The notes under the pieces are model-generated. The model did not search any database and was not told where the DNA came from. It saw only the letters and a program-made list of their open reading frames with translations. A DNA stretch of 64,000 bases, from assembly GCF_009914755.1 (NCBI RefSeq), contig NC_060927.1, one strand, 5' to 3'. Shown one piece after another: positions 43,247 through 56,944 of this stretch. Both the position numbers and the translations under genes were made by a program. Source of the DNA: the human T2T-CHM13v2.0 reference genome, Homo sapiens. Within the stretch, counting starts at the first letter, position 1; each line of letters begins with the position of its first letter.

Positions 43247-43390
43247 TCCCCTTAGAGTTGCTGTTTTTATGGTGCAGACTGCCTTTCAAGTTTACTTGGA
43301 GACACAGAACACTGTAATCCTCTGTGGGAATGTTTGTAGGCACTCATGTTCTGACTGCTAGGATTGGTGATTTCCCTCTAGCTAGGTCTG
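43247..43390 (+). repeat. 144-bp direct copy of 44006-44149
   Basis: Ungapped manual alignment, about 17 mismatches. Confidence 0.9.
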
Positions 43391-43393
43391 GGA

Positions 43394-43813
43394 TTTTTTT
43401 TTTCCAACTTCAGAATTCAATGTTATTATATTACCCCATCTCCCTCAACAAACATTTAGGATCAGCAATTTAGTGTGGAATGGTGCTTGAAGTCATTCCA
43501 CTTTTCACTTTAGAGCATAAGCTGGTTCCACTTACGATACTGTGTATTCTAAGCCAGCATCATTGTAACTGATAGTCTCTTCTCACCCAGCTTTGATGGT
43601 GGGGCAGCTCCCATGTCTGCAGCTGTGGTCCAGGGGCTGTCTGTGCTGAATACAGCAGTTGCTGTGACACTAGGCACATGCCATCTGCAGCATCTCTTTT
43701 TTCTTGCATCCCTGTTTTGAGCACAGGTATGTAAAAATCTTCTCTTTCTTCTTCCCAGGCTGATAGTCATATTCTCTATCAATGTGATCGCCAACCACCA
43801 CATCTGGTACCTG
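43394..43813 (-). pseudogene. ZFAND2A: 5'-truncated processed pseudogene of ZFAND2A (AIRAP, AN1 zinc finger); CDS remnant 43583-43813, 3'UTR, polyA
   Basis: Minus translation QVPDVVVGDHIDREYDYQPGKKKEKIFTYLCSKQGCKKKEMLQMACA*CHSNCCIQHRQPLDHSCRHGSCPTIKAG* matches the recalled ZFAND2A C-terminal half; premature TAG at 43670-43672; polyT at 43394-43403. Confidence 0.93.
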
Positions 43814-44764
43814 ACAAAGTTCTCCCCGTTCTTCTGTCTCCTCTCCTCAAGTGGAATGAAGGGGTTTCTTTTGGAGCCATGAGCTGTGCAGCCTGGGGTT
43901 AAGGGAGGGGTTTTGCTAGCACCTGCTTAGCTGCCCCAGCTGGTGTCTCTGTAGGCGGCATGTTCCCCCAGCCCGCTATTTCTGGGCCTAGTTCAGCACC
44001 AAAACTCCCCTAAGAGTTGCTGTTTTTAAGGCCGAGATTGCCTTCCAAGTTTACTTGGAAACACAGAACACTGTAGCCCTCTGTGGGGATGTTTGTAGGG
44101 ATTCATGTTCTGACTACTGGGATTGGTGATTTCCCTCTGGCTAGGGCTGTTTTAAATCCTCCCTTTGTGGGTGGGGTCAGCTGAGTTTGATCTGCGTTTC
44201 CTTTCTGCTCTAAAAGGACAGCACTGAGTTCATTGCCTCATGATTGCTGTGCTCTCCCTCCCCAGCCCTCAGAGATGCTCTCCACACCAGGCCTCTGCTG
44301 CTAAGGGTGAGGGAGGGGTGGCATGGGCAATTCAGGACTGTTTTTTCTATCTCTTCAGTGTCTCTTTCAGCAATATTAAGTTAAAACCAGGTACTAGGAG
44401 TGCTCATCTGATTTTTGTTTTTTTATGAAGGTGTTTTTTCTGTGTAGATAGTTGTTAGCTTAATGTCCTTGTGAGGATGGACAGTCGGTGGAGCTTTTTA
44501 TTCCACTATTTGTTCCCTTTTCAGTGTCACCCACTGGTCTTAATACCTATAGATGTTTCTTGGCTGAATTAATTATTTGGAAAAAGTTTTCCAAATGGTA
44601 ATTTTCTAAATGAATTATTGCTTTCGTATTTTGTCGCTGGCATTCTACTGTGACAGTTTCTGTACTCTCAATTAATTAATTAATTAGTGTCTATGTGGGC
44701 TCATGGATTCTTATTTTCATTGATGAGTTAATGTGAGAAACAATTGCTACTTAACTGTATGTTT

Positions 44765-46250
44765 AGATTTAAAATAAATTTTTTCGAATATAATTTACTT
44801 GCAGTAAAACAAAACTATTCTTGGTGTATTGTTCTGAGTTTTGACAAATGTATAAATCAGTGTAACTACCAAGCCAGTCAACACATGGAAGATTTCTGTT
44901 ACTTTAAAATGGTCCCTCCTGTTCCTGAGCAGTAAACCTTTTCTCCCATGTCTAGTGGTTCCAGGCAACCACTTATTTTTATTCAGCTTTGCCTATTGTA
45001 AATGTAAAATAAACAGAACTCTGCTACATGTGCCCCTTTTGTGTCTGGATTATTCTGCTCATTATAGTGGTTTTGATACTTATGTATGCATTTCAGTGTA
45101 TGTGTAGTTTTATTCCATCATAGTATTCTATTTGTATATCAAAAGTTATTTATCCTTTCACTGATTGATGAACATTTTGGTTATATTCATGTTGAGAATA
45201 AAGCTACTATGAATATCCATATACAAGTCTTTTTTGGCATTGGAAATATTTCTATATGTGAACAAATACTCTGAGAATTGCTGTTGAGTCTTTTGATTAA
45301 TATGTGATTGCCTTCATAATAAACTATCCAACTGTTTTTCAAAGTGGCTGTACCATTTAATATTTCCACCAGTGACAAGTGAAAGTTTCAGATGCTCCAC
45401 ATCATCATCAATGCTTGGTATTGTCGGTTTTATTAATTGTGATCACTCTAGTTAGTGTGTACTGGTGTCTCTTTATGGTTTTAATTTGCATTTCCCTGAT
45501 AGTAAGCATTTGTTTATATATTTACTGGATATTTATATATTTTCTGTTGTGAGATGTCTGTCCAAATAGTTTTTCTGTTTTTTATTGTGTTTTTTTTCTT
45601 CTTGCTGAGTTGTAAGAATTCCTTTTTATTATTGAGATACAATTCCTCATCAGGCATATGTGTTACAAATATTTTCTCCCAGTCTGTGAATTTCTTTTTA
45701 ATTTTTATATAAGTATACTTAAAGATTTCTACTATATATAGAAAATAAAATATATAATATATACAAATTTATTATATATTTTATTTTATTTTATATAAAA
45801 TATGTAATATTTGTTTTTGATTTAATATATTTAATTATATATAAAATAAGAAAATAATTATTTTGTTTAATAATATCATCAAAATTATATTATTAATATC
45901 ATTAATATTATAATGTTATATTATTATTTTAATATAATATAATATAAAATAATTATTTTTATAATGTATTATATATAAAATATATATTTTATTATATAGA
46001 AAATATATATTACATAGACAGTATATAATATTTTATTATATTTATATAAAATAAAATATGTAATATTTTATGTATGTAAGAAAAAATATGTTATATATAT
46101 TTTCTTTTTATCTTTCCTATGGTGCTGAGTAATTTTCTTAAAGGTGTTTTGGAAGAACAGGAGTTTTTGACTTTGATGAAGTCCAATTATTTTTTTCTGT
46201 TATGCTTGGTGCTTTTGTGGGTGTGTGTCCCTCCTGAACAATCTTGGCAT
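44765..46250 (-). mobile_element. Old L1M (MC/MD-like) fragment split by an AT-rich tract
   Basis: tgagttttgacaaatgtata, ggcaaccact, ggttttaatttgcatttccctgat, tttgatgaagtccaatt. Confidence 0.75.
45730..46110. repeat. Extremely AT-rich low-complexity tract
   Basis: Almost only A/T over ~380 bp. Confidence 0.92.
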
Positions 46251-47925
46251 ATTAAACAACAGCCTTGATGGGACTCCTATTCAGAATTCTGGAATTTTTC
46301 TCTATGATGTTCTCTGCCCTATAAATCTCACCCACTTTTGCTTTCCTGAAATTCAATCTCTAGCTATTCAACACTTTTAAAAAAATTTATTCCTGAATAT
46401 CTTAAGAGTTAGTTACTGACAGAGTGCCGCAGCAGTCTGAACACGTTGATGTAGTCACTAGGAGGCTGCCATACTCTACTGAGATTTCCTATCCTTGTCT
46501 TCAGACCAGAAAATGTCTTCAGACAGAAAGTCTGGGTGAGTTTTGGACTCATCTAATGAATTTCCCTTTTCTCAGGGATAATAGCCATGCACTGCCTTTT
46601 GCCAAATATATCAAACCAGTGGTATTATATATTTTATTCAGTTTACAGTTGTTTATGCTGAGAGGGCAAGTTACTCCATTAGGTACAGGTAGAAGTTCTC
46701 TAAGAGACTAACAATTCAATTTTGAAACAGACATTGAAAAGTAAAATGTAGGCTGCAACACCATTCTTTCTTATTAATTTCACTTTATAGAATTAAATTC
46801 CGGAACCACTGGATCCCTGAAGTATACTTTCATAAATCCTACAAATTCATCAAGTCTATATAAGCACTGCCCAGTTCTAGTTGGAGCAATATGACTGGAT
46901 TTTCTCAAGTAAAAGTGAAGTCTAGTGGGTGATGTTCAGGAATATGAGTAACAGGAATAAACACTTCCATGGACCTTCAGAAATCATGATGTTAAATACA
47001 TAAATACATAAAACAATGTGAGGGGTGATCCTAAATGTCAAATAGAAGTACATACTTATCCTTAGATAGACCTAGTAAATGACTGAATGCTTTCATCCAT
47101 AATTATGAACCAGCTCTAACTAAAAATGCAAAGATATATTAAAGTGCATTAAAATGCAAAGTATAAGTTAATCTCCAAAAATAAACTTTTGCTTCAATAA
47201 AGCTTATCGGACTTATCACATTTCTCCCCATATTCTCATCTGCCACAATTATTCTTATAAACAACTAACTTTCGTTCTTTAAGGTTAAAAAATCATACTA
47301 CCCTTGAACCATACAAATTGTTCATTGTGGATTTTTCATTTTCTCATTATCTAGTAGAAATACCATATGTTTCTGAACTCTGACCATGATGATAATATTT
47401 CTTAACATTAGTCATGAATAGTGAAGATAATATAGATTGATAAGAATTTTATGAGAAATTCGACTGTCACACAGAAATTGAGTCTATCTTTTTCTAAGTT
47501 CTCCCACAAGGTTTTTCGTTTAATTGTTTCTATTCAGTGTTATTGTAGCTAGACACACAAAAAAGAGTTTGAAAGAAGCTTAAGATTGCTTAAATTTCAC
47601 TTTATGTAGCAGAAGAAATAAATTTGGAGAGACCCAACTTCACTCCCCTCTTTAATTTCCATCCAGCTTAATAAAATGTACACAGTAAAGTTGTGGAACA
47701 GGGTGTTTGGCTACAAACAGGGCAAGATACATGGTATGTGGTAGGAGATCATCTGCACGTGTTTCATTTCACAGAACTATTGATAATTATTTATCAACAA
47801 AGAGCTTCTTAATCATCTGGAGTCTCAGTTATTTTATACAATCATAAATAATAATAATCTAAAAATTATCTGTGCCTAGCAATCTCAATAGAATCTGTTA
47901 AGTGTTATTAAGATGTGTAAGCATG

Positions 47926-48240
47926 GGCTGGGCACAGTGGCTCACGCCTGTAATCCCAGCACTTTGAGAGGCTGAGGCAGGCAGATAACCTGAGGTCAGG
48001 AGTTCAAGATGGCCAAGATGGTGAAACCCCATCTCTACTAAAAAATAAAATACAAAAATTAGCCGGGCGTGGTGGTGGGCTCCTGTAGTCGCAGCTACTT
48101 AGGAGGCTGAGGTATGAGAATCACTTGAACCCGGGAGGCGAGGTTGCAGTGAGCCGGGATTGCACCACAGCACTCCAGCCTAGACAACGGAGCGAGGCTA
48201 CATCTCAGAAAAAAAAAAAAAAAAAAAAAGGAAAATGGAA
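47926..48240 (+). mobile_element. AluSx-like
   Basis: Full dimer, long polyA, TSD tgtaagca(t/c)g. Confidence 0.92.
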
Positions 48241-48321
48241 ATGTAAGCACGAAATCCAATTTATAGTGGCTTTATGATGACAGAATAGAATTCCTGCCCA
48301 TTTTTCTACTATATTACTAAG

Positions 48322-48490
48322 CTAATGCTTCTCAAACTTTTGGATGCCTGAGAACCACCTGGAAGGTGGGCCTTCCTCCAGATTTTCTGATTCAGTTGGT
48401 CTGGGGTGAGGCCCAAGAATTTGCATTTCTAAGAAGTTCCCAGGTGATGCTGATGCTGCTTGGAGAAACTGCATTCAGGAAAACACAGCA
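48322..48490. mobile_element. MER5A
   Basis: tttctgattcagttggtctggggtgaggcccaagaatttgcatttctaagaagttcccaggtgatgctgatgctgct. Confidence 0.85.
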
Positions 48491-49704
48491 TCAGAACAGA
48501 ACTGTTTTCTCTAGGCAGACTATTTCACAAGTTGTAAATATATTCTCTAACTTGGCTAACTGCCTGCCCTTGAAAGGGAACTATAAATATTGCTTTTATA
48601 CTACATTTAAGTGTTTTAATTCCTGTATTTGTAACAATAATGTTTGTTGCAGTGATGCAGTTTACATCTATTATAATTCCATCTATAACTAAAGAGCTTC
48701 TTTATTCTCACTTCTTTATTCTAGCAAAGCCCAGGCTTCTGTATTCGATCACAGATTTTATGTTTGTTTTCCTTGTCAGACCAAGTCTGATTTGTGGATT
48801 TCCTTTGAATATGTGCCCCATGCTCTGATATGTAAGTTGTTTTAGACTATAAGTCAATTATTTGGTCACCCCTTACATTGTCCCAATAACTTATTTTTTC
48901 CCTTTTTTCTATAGCACAGCATAAAATTTTCACATTATGCACTGCCTTTCACATATGGACCACGATGTATTATTTTCCACTGCTAAAAAGATATAAATTC
49001 AAGTGAAGATTATTAAATATGAGCCTTTTATCCAATACACAACTTATCTTTTAAAAGATAAGCACCTTTAACACAGTCAATTAGAATTCTATGCTAATTT
49101 AGACTTCTTCCATTCCTTAATTTCTTTTCTCATTGCTTTATCCCTCCTGACACACATGAACAAGTGTTGGGTACGTGTGTGCACAAACACACACAGAAAC
49201 AATGTGCATAGTGTATATGCATACATGCACACACACTGTTGTTTGATTATCAAAATAATATCAGTGCATTTACATAGCACTTATGATTATACATATCACA
49301 TACTGGAAAATGCTCTAGCATTTATGTAAACAAGAGAGATGAGGCATCAGATTCCCCTATATCACACACAGGTAATCAGCACGATTTAGTTTCTGTTGTC
49401 TCTTTGAGTTCAACTCTTAGACATGAAGAATATAAATCATCTAATAACAATTACTTTCACATATCATAAATATATAATAATGTACATTCAATTCTGCTTT
49501 CCAAAAGCAAGCCTTATTGATAGTGATGTCTGTATTTTTTACCATCTGAAATATTATTCATAAATATATTTTTGTAAATATTGAGGAAGCAAGTCAGAGT
49601 TGGCTCCTGGATAGTAATTATCAGCTATAAAATTAGATTTTTTTGTTTAGGTTCACAGAAACCTAGGTTTAAAAATCTGGGAAAGAAATTCCTTTGAGCT
49701 AATG

Positions 49705-49840
49705 ATAAAATCACCCAATTTACAGATGAGGAAACTAAATTTTAGAGTGTCTAAATGACATGTGTGACACATACAATTTGGCAGAGATCCTAGATTAGAA
49801 CCAAAGTGCAATATCTAGAACTGTATTCTTTCCATTACCC
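49705..49840 (-). mobile_element. MIR
   Basis: cccaatttacagatgaggaaactaaa. Confidence 0.6.
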
Positions 49841-52800
49841 ATGGCAGGAACATAACTTCAAAAAGAATGGTGATCCAAAAAAAAATCTGACTTTAGTATT
49901 GAAAGAAATTTCAAAGATACTCTCTTTACTTGTAGTCTCCACTCCATAACCTTCTCATCTTATTCTTAGACTGCGAACAGTTGAAATCTCAAAGGAAGCT
50001 GTAAGCATCACTGACTTTCAGGAGGGTGAGAACAGTATGCAACAATATTTATCAAGGTATCATACTATGTCTAGCATGAATAATCACCAGGTTATAGTAA
50101 TAAATGGATACCCATATATTATAGTTCTCATCAACCTCTAAAATCATGTTTTGTATTATCTATCTTACCAAATATTTTTTATGGATTAATCGTGTTATAC
50201 TAGGTACTGAACTTTCAAAAATATGTTCTTGCTCAATAATGAGTATATGAACTAAGAAAATTTCTATGTTGTTTTGAAAACCAACCTTTGAAACAGCACC
50301 ATGATACACCTTTCTGAAAGAACAAAATGAAACCTCAAATCAGACAATTAAGCTGGATGAGTAACATGATTTGAAGCACCAAAAACATTTAATCAAGGTG
50401 AGATTATGCCTAGAATCTGACAAATATCCCCTTATCTGCAACATCAACCCTACTCAGTAGGAGAAATAAATTTCTAGAAGGCTTCACATCTGAGTTTGAA
50501 TGTTTCCATCCAGCTTCCATGATATTAAATATTTGAAATCTTAAAATAGTAATGCTACAAGGAACTTTTCAGTTTATCTAGATGAATGTTCACTTTATAG
50601 ATGAACAAAAAAACCAAGGCCCAGAAGAAAGCATGTCTTTGAAAAGGTCATACAGTGATTTGTAGGAGAGCTTGGAGTGATACCTCTTCAGAAGACTTCC
50701 AAACTATTATACACCAATTACTTGGTCAAGACAAATGGAAACGTTGTTGTTCTGGGTTCTATAGTTACCCATTCTCTGTTTATTCCTTGAGTCACTTTGC
50801 TGCTTACTATTCACAGTAAGTGAAATACCTTGAGCCCTAAGCCCAGGAGGTTTAGATTCTTCTATAACTTTCAATTTAATTGAAGCTTTACCTTATTTAT
50901 TACAGCAGGAGCTAAAAAGGGAACTTTTTTTTAATAACAAAAACATCATGAAAGTTATTATTCAGTTTGGAATGTTAAAGAAAGTGAATAAATGTGTATC
51001 TATAAAAAGCTCCTTCCTATTGGTTTAACACAAAAAGTGAACTTTGCAGAAGTCTATAATTAAAATCTAATTTTTTACTTAGTTTTATATTAGGCAGCCA
51101 GAATTCCTGCTTTTAAAATGATGAGTTTTTAAAGTAATGACTAAACTTATTTTGTTCAGTCCAACTTCTTTTTATTCCTTTTTCCATGCCACTGACATCA
51201 TATTTTTAAGTTACTGACTCAAACTTTGGGGCTTTGCCACAATGTGGAGCAAAGGATAGGGAAAAGACTAACAATAGTCTAAATGTTAACACCTGAGTTC
51301 ACAGAAAAATGCACACAGCCAATAGCTAAGGAAATGCATTTCTTTAATTGCTAAAACACCAGAATTATGCATTTTAGAAAGGTAAAGACAAATTCATGTG
51401 TAATTCTTTATTGTCAACATCACAATAAGAAGAAAATTAGAAAATGGAGGAGGAAGTTATAGACTCGGAATGTGGAAATCAGGATTAAAATGATCAGTTT
51501 CTTCCCATCAGAGTGACTTCAAGTAAGTCATTAGACTTTCCTGAACTTTAGTGTACTCAATCAAAAAACAGATGTAATTATATCCATTTTCCTTGCCTAC
51601 TCCACCATGCACATGTATAGAGTTATTATGATTATTAATGTTGATAATAAATTTAAAATGCCTGGAATTGAACGTGATATGTTGTTGTTAAGAATGTACT
51701 TAGAATTCAATAGATTGAACATATGAATGATATAAACCCATATCTGACTACTATAGATCAAGTAATTCTAAATACCTCAATTCTATAATCTGAATATCTG
51801 TTTTAACTCACTGAGAGATTATCTTTGAGATTATGGTCAAGCAGTATACACAGTTCGATTGCATAAAAAAGATATTCCTTTCAACAACTGATATAGGTGC
51901 TTTAAGAAAAAGATCTAGCCTAAAAAGAAAGGGTATAAAGAAAATGCCTATCATTTTAATCATTTTCTCTTTGGCTTCTACCAATTTTTAAAGTGTGTTC
52001 CCAAGGTGGAAGAATGGTTCTGGGCTCTAATAAAAAAAATCAGACAAAAGGAAAAGGTATTGTGAAAGAGGCATGCAATTTACTCTGCTTTGCAATGAGT
52101 TGTGCCATTACTAGGCCAGACAATGTGCTCAGTTTGAGAGAAGAGAGAGGCCCTGTGGCTGACTCCCATAGCATCCTGTTACATAGCTGGGTCACTAGGA
52201 GCCATGTGCAGGTAATGATGTCATCGTGAGACTGGAACTTCCCTCTGTGTGGATACCTACAGGCTTGTGATTTCATAACAAATGAAGGAGTGAGATGAGA
52301 ATGGTTAATTCTGTTCATTCTGACACTGATGGTTAAACAATGTGGAGACAACAGATGGGGAGTGAGTGTCATGTGTTCCTAGAAAGATTCTGCTCTGTCA
52401 GCAAAAGTATCCACTGGTACTGTGAATATGAATCTTCAAAAAACATTTTCTCCTCAATTTTCTCTTGTCATGATAGTGAAATTTACAGTGAGTATAGAAT
52501 CTCAGGCCCCTTATAGAAATTATAGTAAGTCAGAGATAGGGCCCTGGAATCCATTTCCCAAATAGAGTGTGGTTTGGAAACTGCTTATCTAAGATGTGCT
52601 GAATAGTTTATAACCCTTCAGAGAGTATGAGTCTGAGGGACATAAATTTATTGTTAATATACAAGAAAATATAAACAAGAACATATAGTGGAGTGATAAT
52701 TGAATTCAAGCATTAACAATAAAGGTTATAGAATGTCATATAGATGAATGCTGAGAGGCTTCAAAATTAAACACTTTAAGATACTCAATTCAAATCAACT

Positions 52801-53817
52801 GTATTATGGAGAGTTCATAATATTTTTGCCTTTGCAGCCATTTGTACTTAGAGCTTCACTTACACCTAAATGAGAAACTCAGTACTTATACTTCAGTCTG
52901 TGGCAGGAGAACAAGTGTTTTAGTTTGTTACTTTTTCCTGAGATCTTTAACAGGTAATCCTGTGCTGTTATAAAATTCAACTTCAATTTGGAAGTTGACA
53001 TCAAAATTTTAAGAGGCGATTCTATCTTGTTCATTTATAAATGCACTTATCAAGGATTTACTGAGTACCTACTGTATACCAGTCACCAGACAAGTGAACA
53101 TTACCTTAAATATAGGTATTTGAAATATAGGCACTGAATTCCTCATTGAGGTCTAAGTGAAGCTGTAAATACAAATGGGTGCAAGGGCAATAAATAAGGG
53201 TAACACTCATTTTCTCACGTAAGAGGGTACAGAATCAGCTCACCTTAGTGGAAAAATAAGTTATTATTTTAAAAAGGAAACAATATTTTAATTATTTGAC
53301 ACTGTAATCAATTAAAAGTGAGGAAATGAGAGAATAGGATTAAAAGGAATTTCAAAATGAAAAAAATCACTTACTTAAAAAGACAGATTAAAGGCAAGCT
53401 ATATCTTAAACAAGTCTTTAAATTACAAAATCCAGAATTTGAAATACAGGTTAGATAAAACTGGTGAATGGCCACAGGCTTACACACATTTTCATTAATT
53501 TCTAATCAACTGTGTTATTTTGAAAGAGACTAACGGGCAGATTAGGCTTGGATATGGATGAATAAAAAAGAACAGATTATCAATTAGACAAAGGTTAGTG
53601 AGCAAGGTAAATTAGGCGAACACCTGGAATCATCATAGATCAAGATCCAAATAAAAATCCTATATTCTTGTTTTGAAGCTTAAAAATCCATACGAAGACA
53701 TTTCTTAAGAAAACCTAAAGCAAATTACAGGCAGTCTATCATCAACTAAGAATGCAGATTAAGTTTGCTTATTTAACCCCTGAGGCATTGTTTTCTCATT
53801 TATTAAATGGTAATAAT

Positions 53818-54010
53818 ACATTCCACAATTCCAAAAAGTCTAAAGAATCTAAATAGAAAGATTTTTCATCAGTTTGGCACAAAAACTCATTTGGCAGCAA
53901 AACTGGATCTCAAATAATAAGAAGCAATACAAGGTCTTTACTTATCCCATTTATCCCAGTAATATATCTAGGAATATTTTTGCCGCAGAAATACTGAAGT
54001 GTTTATTATT
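53818..54010. mobile_element. MER46C-like Tigger-derived fossil
   Basis: agtttggcacaaaaactcatttggcagcaaaac...tttgccgcagaaata. Confidence 0.5.
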
Positions 54011-54056
54011 CCTGAATCATTGTATATATGTAATGGAACTTGAGTAAGAATCATGA

Positions 54057-54375
<319 letters not shown>

Positions 54376-54494
54376 TTAGCACTTGATAAGATGATTATAA
54401 ATTATAAATATAAGCATTTATAATTCATACAAATTATAAATTTATATGAAAGCAAAAGACAAAACATAGACAAAACACCTTTGGAGACAAAGAC

Positions 54495-54750
54495 ACAGTA
54501 TAGCATAGTAATGACAATGTTGGACACTAGAGCCAGACTGAATGGTTTACAGTCCTATCTACATGACTTACTGTGTAACTATGGAAATGTTACTTAACCT
54601 CTCTATGACACAGTTTCCTCTTCCGTAAAACTAGAAAAATAAAAGTACCTACTTTATAAGATTGTTTATAGCATTAAATGCATCAACATTTGAAAAGGGC
54701 TTAGAATAATACCTGGTGCAAAATAGGGTCATATGTGCTAATTAATAAAA
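54495..54750 (+). mobile_element. MIR
   Basis: cagtatagcatagt...gttacttaacctctcta...cagtttcctc. Confidence 0.75.
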
Positions 54751-54942
54751 TAAGGTGGGAAAAATTTCCCTACGTATCACATTTTATCTAAGACAATATG
54801 ATATTTTTGTAGGGAGAGGACAAAATCAATTACAGGAACACAATGGAAAGGCAAGAAAATACTCATAGTTAAATAGAATGTTGACATGTAACTAAGGCAG
54901 CTAGACAAATCACTGAAAAAAGAAAAAATATTTAAGGTTATT

Positions 54943-54945
54943 ATT

Positions 54946-54976
<31 letters not shown>

Positions 54977-55260
54977 TTTTGAGATGGAGTCTTGCTCTGT
55001 CGCCCAGCCTGGAGCGCAGTGATGCAATCTCAGCTCACTGCAACCTCTGCCTCCTGGGTTCAAGCTATTCTCCTGCCTCAGCCTCCTGAGTAGCTGGGAT
55101 TACAGGTGCGTGCCACCACGCTCAGCTAATTTTTTGTATTTTTAGTAGAGACGGGGTTTCACGTGTTAGCCAGGATGATCTTGGTCTCCTGACCTTGTGA
55201 TCTGCCTACCTTGGCCTTTCAAAGTGCTGGGATTACAGGTGTGAGCTACCACGCCCAGCC
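54943..55260 (-). mobile_element. AluSc-like with (TTTA)n tail
   Basis: TSD taa(g/a)gttattattt. Confidence 0.92.
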
Positions 55261-55279
55261 TAAAGTTATTATTTTTAAA

Positions 55280-56340
55280 ACGAGAAAGAGATTCTACCTC
55301 ACGTGATATACAAAAATCAGCTTTCTATGGATTAAGAACTTTAAAGAGAAAACTTAAGAACTTTGAAAAGTAAACATAAGAACTTTCAAAAGCAAAAGCT
55401 ATTTTAGAAGAAAATATAATACATGTCTTTCTGACATTGAGTCAGAGAAGAATATTTTGTAAAAGATGTCAAAAGCACAACTTAAAAGTTTTAAAAATCA
55501 GATGACGTAAAAATTAAGGACTTTTTTTCTCATAAGCACTTTAAAGAGAGTATAGAGAATGTGAGAAATTATCTGCAATTCTTACAGCCAGCAAAAAACT
55601 ATAATCGAGTATATATACAAAGAGCCCATAAATTAAAATGACATTGAAAATTAACAATAAAAATGTACAAAAGTATGAATAGGCTTATAACAAAAGATAT
55701 ATGTATATATAACTAATAAACTTACAAAAAATAAGCCAACATCACTAGTAATTGATAAAATGCCATTAAAGAACACAATGAGACACCATCTCCACTACTC
55801 ACCAATAAATTTAATAAGTATTCTGATAAAAATAAGTTTTGGATAGGAAATGGATCTTTTACACATTGCTTGTAATAGTGGAAAATAATGCAACCACCTT
55901 CGAAAATGATTTGGTGTTGTTTTATAAAGTAGAACATTCCCAGATACATAATATTCTTAGATATATGCCCGAGAGAAATTCTTGCACTGGAAGGCATAAC
56001 AAAAAAAAAGTCCACTGTGGCATTGTTCATGTTTATAATAGCAAAAAACCGGAAACAACAAAAACATCTATAAACAGTAGGAAGATAAATATATTGTGGA
56101 ATTTTCATAAAATAGAATATCATACAGTAATAAAAATAATCTATAAATATTACATCATAGATGAATCTTATAATCATAATGTGTGGTGAATAACATAAGT
56201 CTTAGAAGACTGCATGAAATATGTTACCCTTTTAGAAAAGTTCATAAACAAGAAAGTCAAGCAATATATTTTATAGTATCCCTATGTTTAATAAAATTGT
56301 TAAATCATGTACCAACAAAAAAATTTCATATCATGGTCAC
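55280..56340 (+). mobile_element. Old L1ME-type ORF2 end
   Basis: ctacctcac...tacaaaaatca, tagaagaaaatata, acaatgagacacca. Confidence 0.65.
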
Positions 56341-56380
56341 AATTTTCTTTTTCTATTATATTTATCAAACATAGTAATTC

Positions 56381-56757
56381 TTTTTTTTTAATTATACTTT
56401 AAGTTTTAGGGTACATGTGCACATTGTGCAGGTTAGTTACATATGTATACATGTGCCATGCTGGTGCGCTGCACCCACTAACTCGTCATCTAGCATTAGG
56501 TATATCTCTCAATGCTACCCCTCCCCCCTCCCCCCACCCCACCACAGTCCCCAGAGTGTGATATTCCCCTTCCTGTGTCCATGTGATCTCATTGTTCAGT
56601 TCCCACCTATGAGTGAGAATATGCGGTGTTTGGTTTTTTGTTCTTGCGATAGTTTACTGAGAATGATGATTTCCAATTTCATCCATAATGTCCAACAATG
56701 ATAGACTGGATTAAGAAAATGTGGCACATATACACCATGGAATACTATGCAGCCATA
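56381..56757 (-). mobile_element. Short 5'-inverted young L1 (L1PA2-like): minus arm 56381-56686, plus arm 56687-56757
   Basis: gctggtgcgctgcacccactaactcgtcatctagc diagnostic; perfect TSD catagtaattctttt at 56370-56384 and 56754-56768. Confidence 0.95.
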
Positions 56758-56944
56758 GTAATTCTTTTAACCCCTCTTCAGGTCTCTTCTAGTCTTTCTC
56801 CTTTAGTAATTACTTCAAGTGATACTTTTATGAAGATATCAGCAAGGACACCTTGGATTTGTTGAGTTTTATGAACTGTGAAATCTTTCACTAGTGTTTT
56901 TTTTAACCACAAGAACAACCCCTACAGAAAAGATACCTATTCTT

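Noticed and set aside
43549-43803. 84-aa ORF MWWLAITL...
   Set aside because: Alternative frame of the ZFAND2A retrocopy; the homologous frame is a different one.
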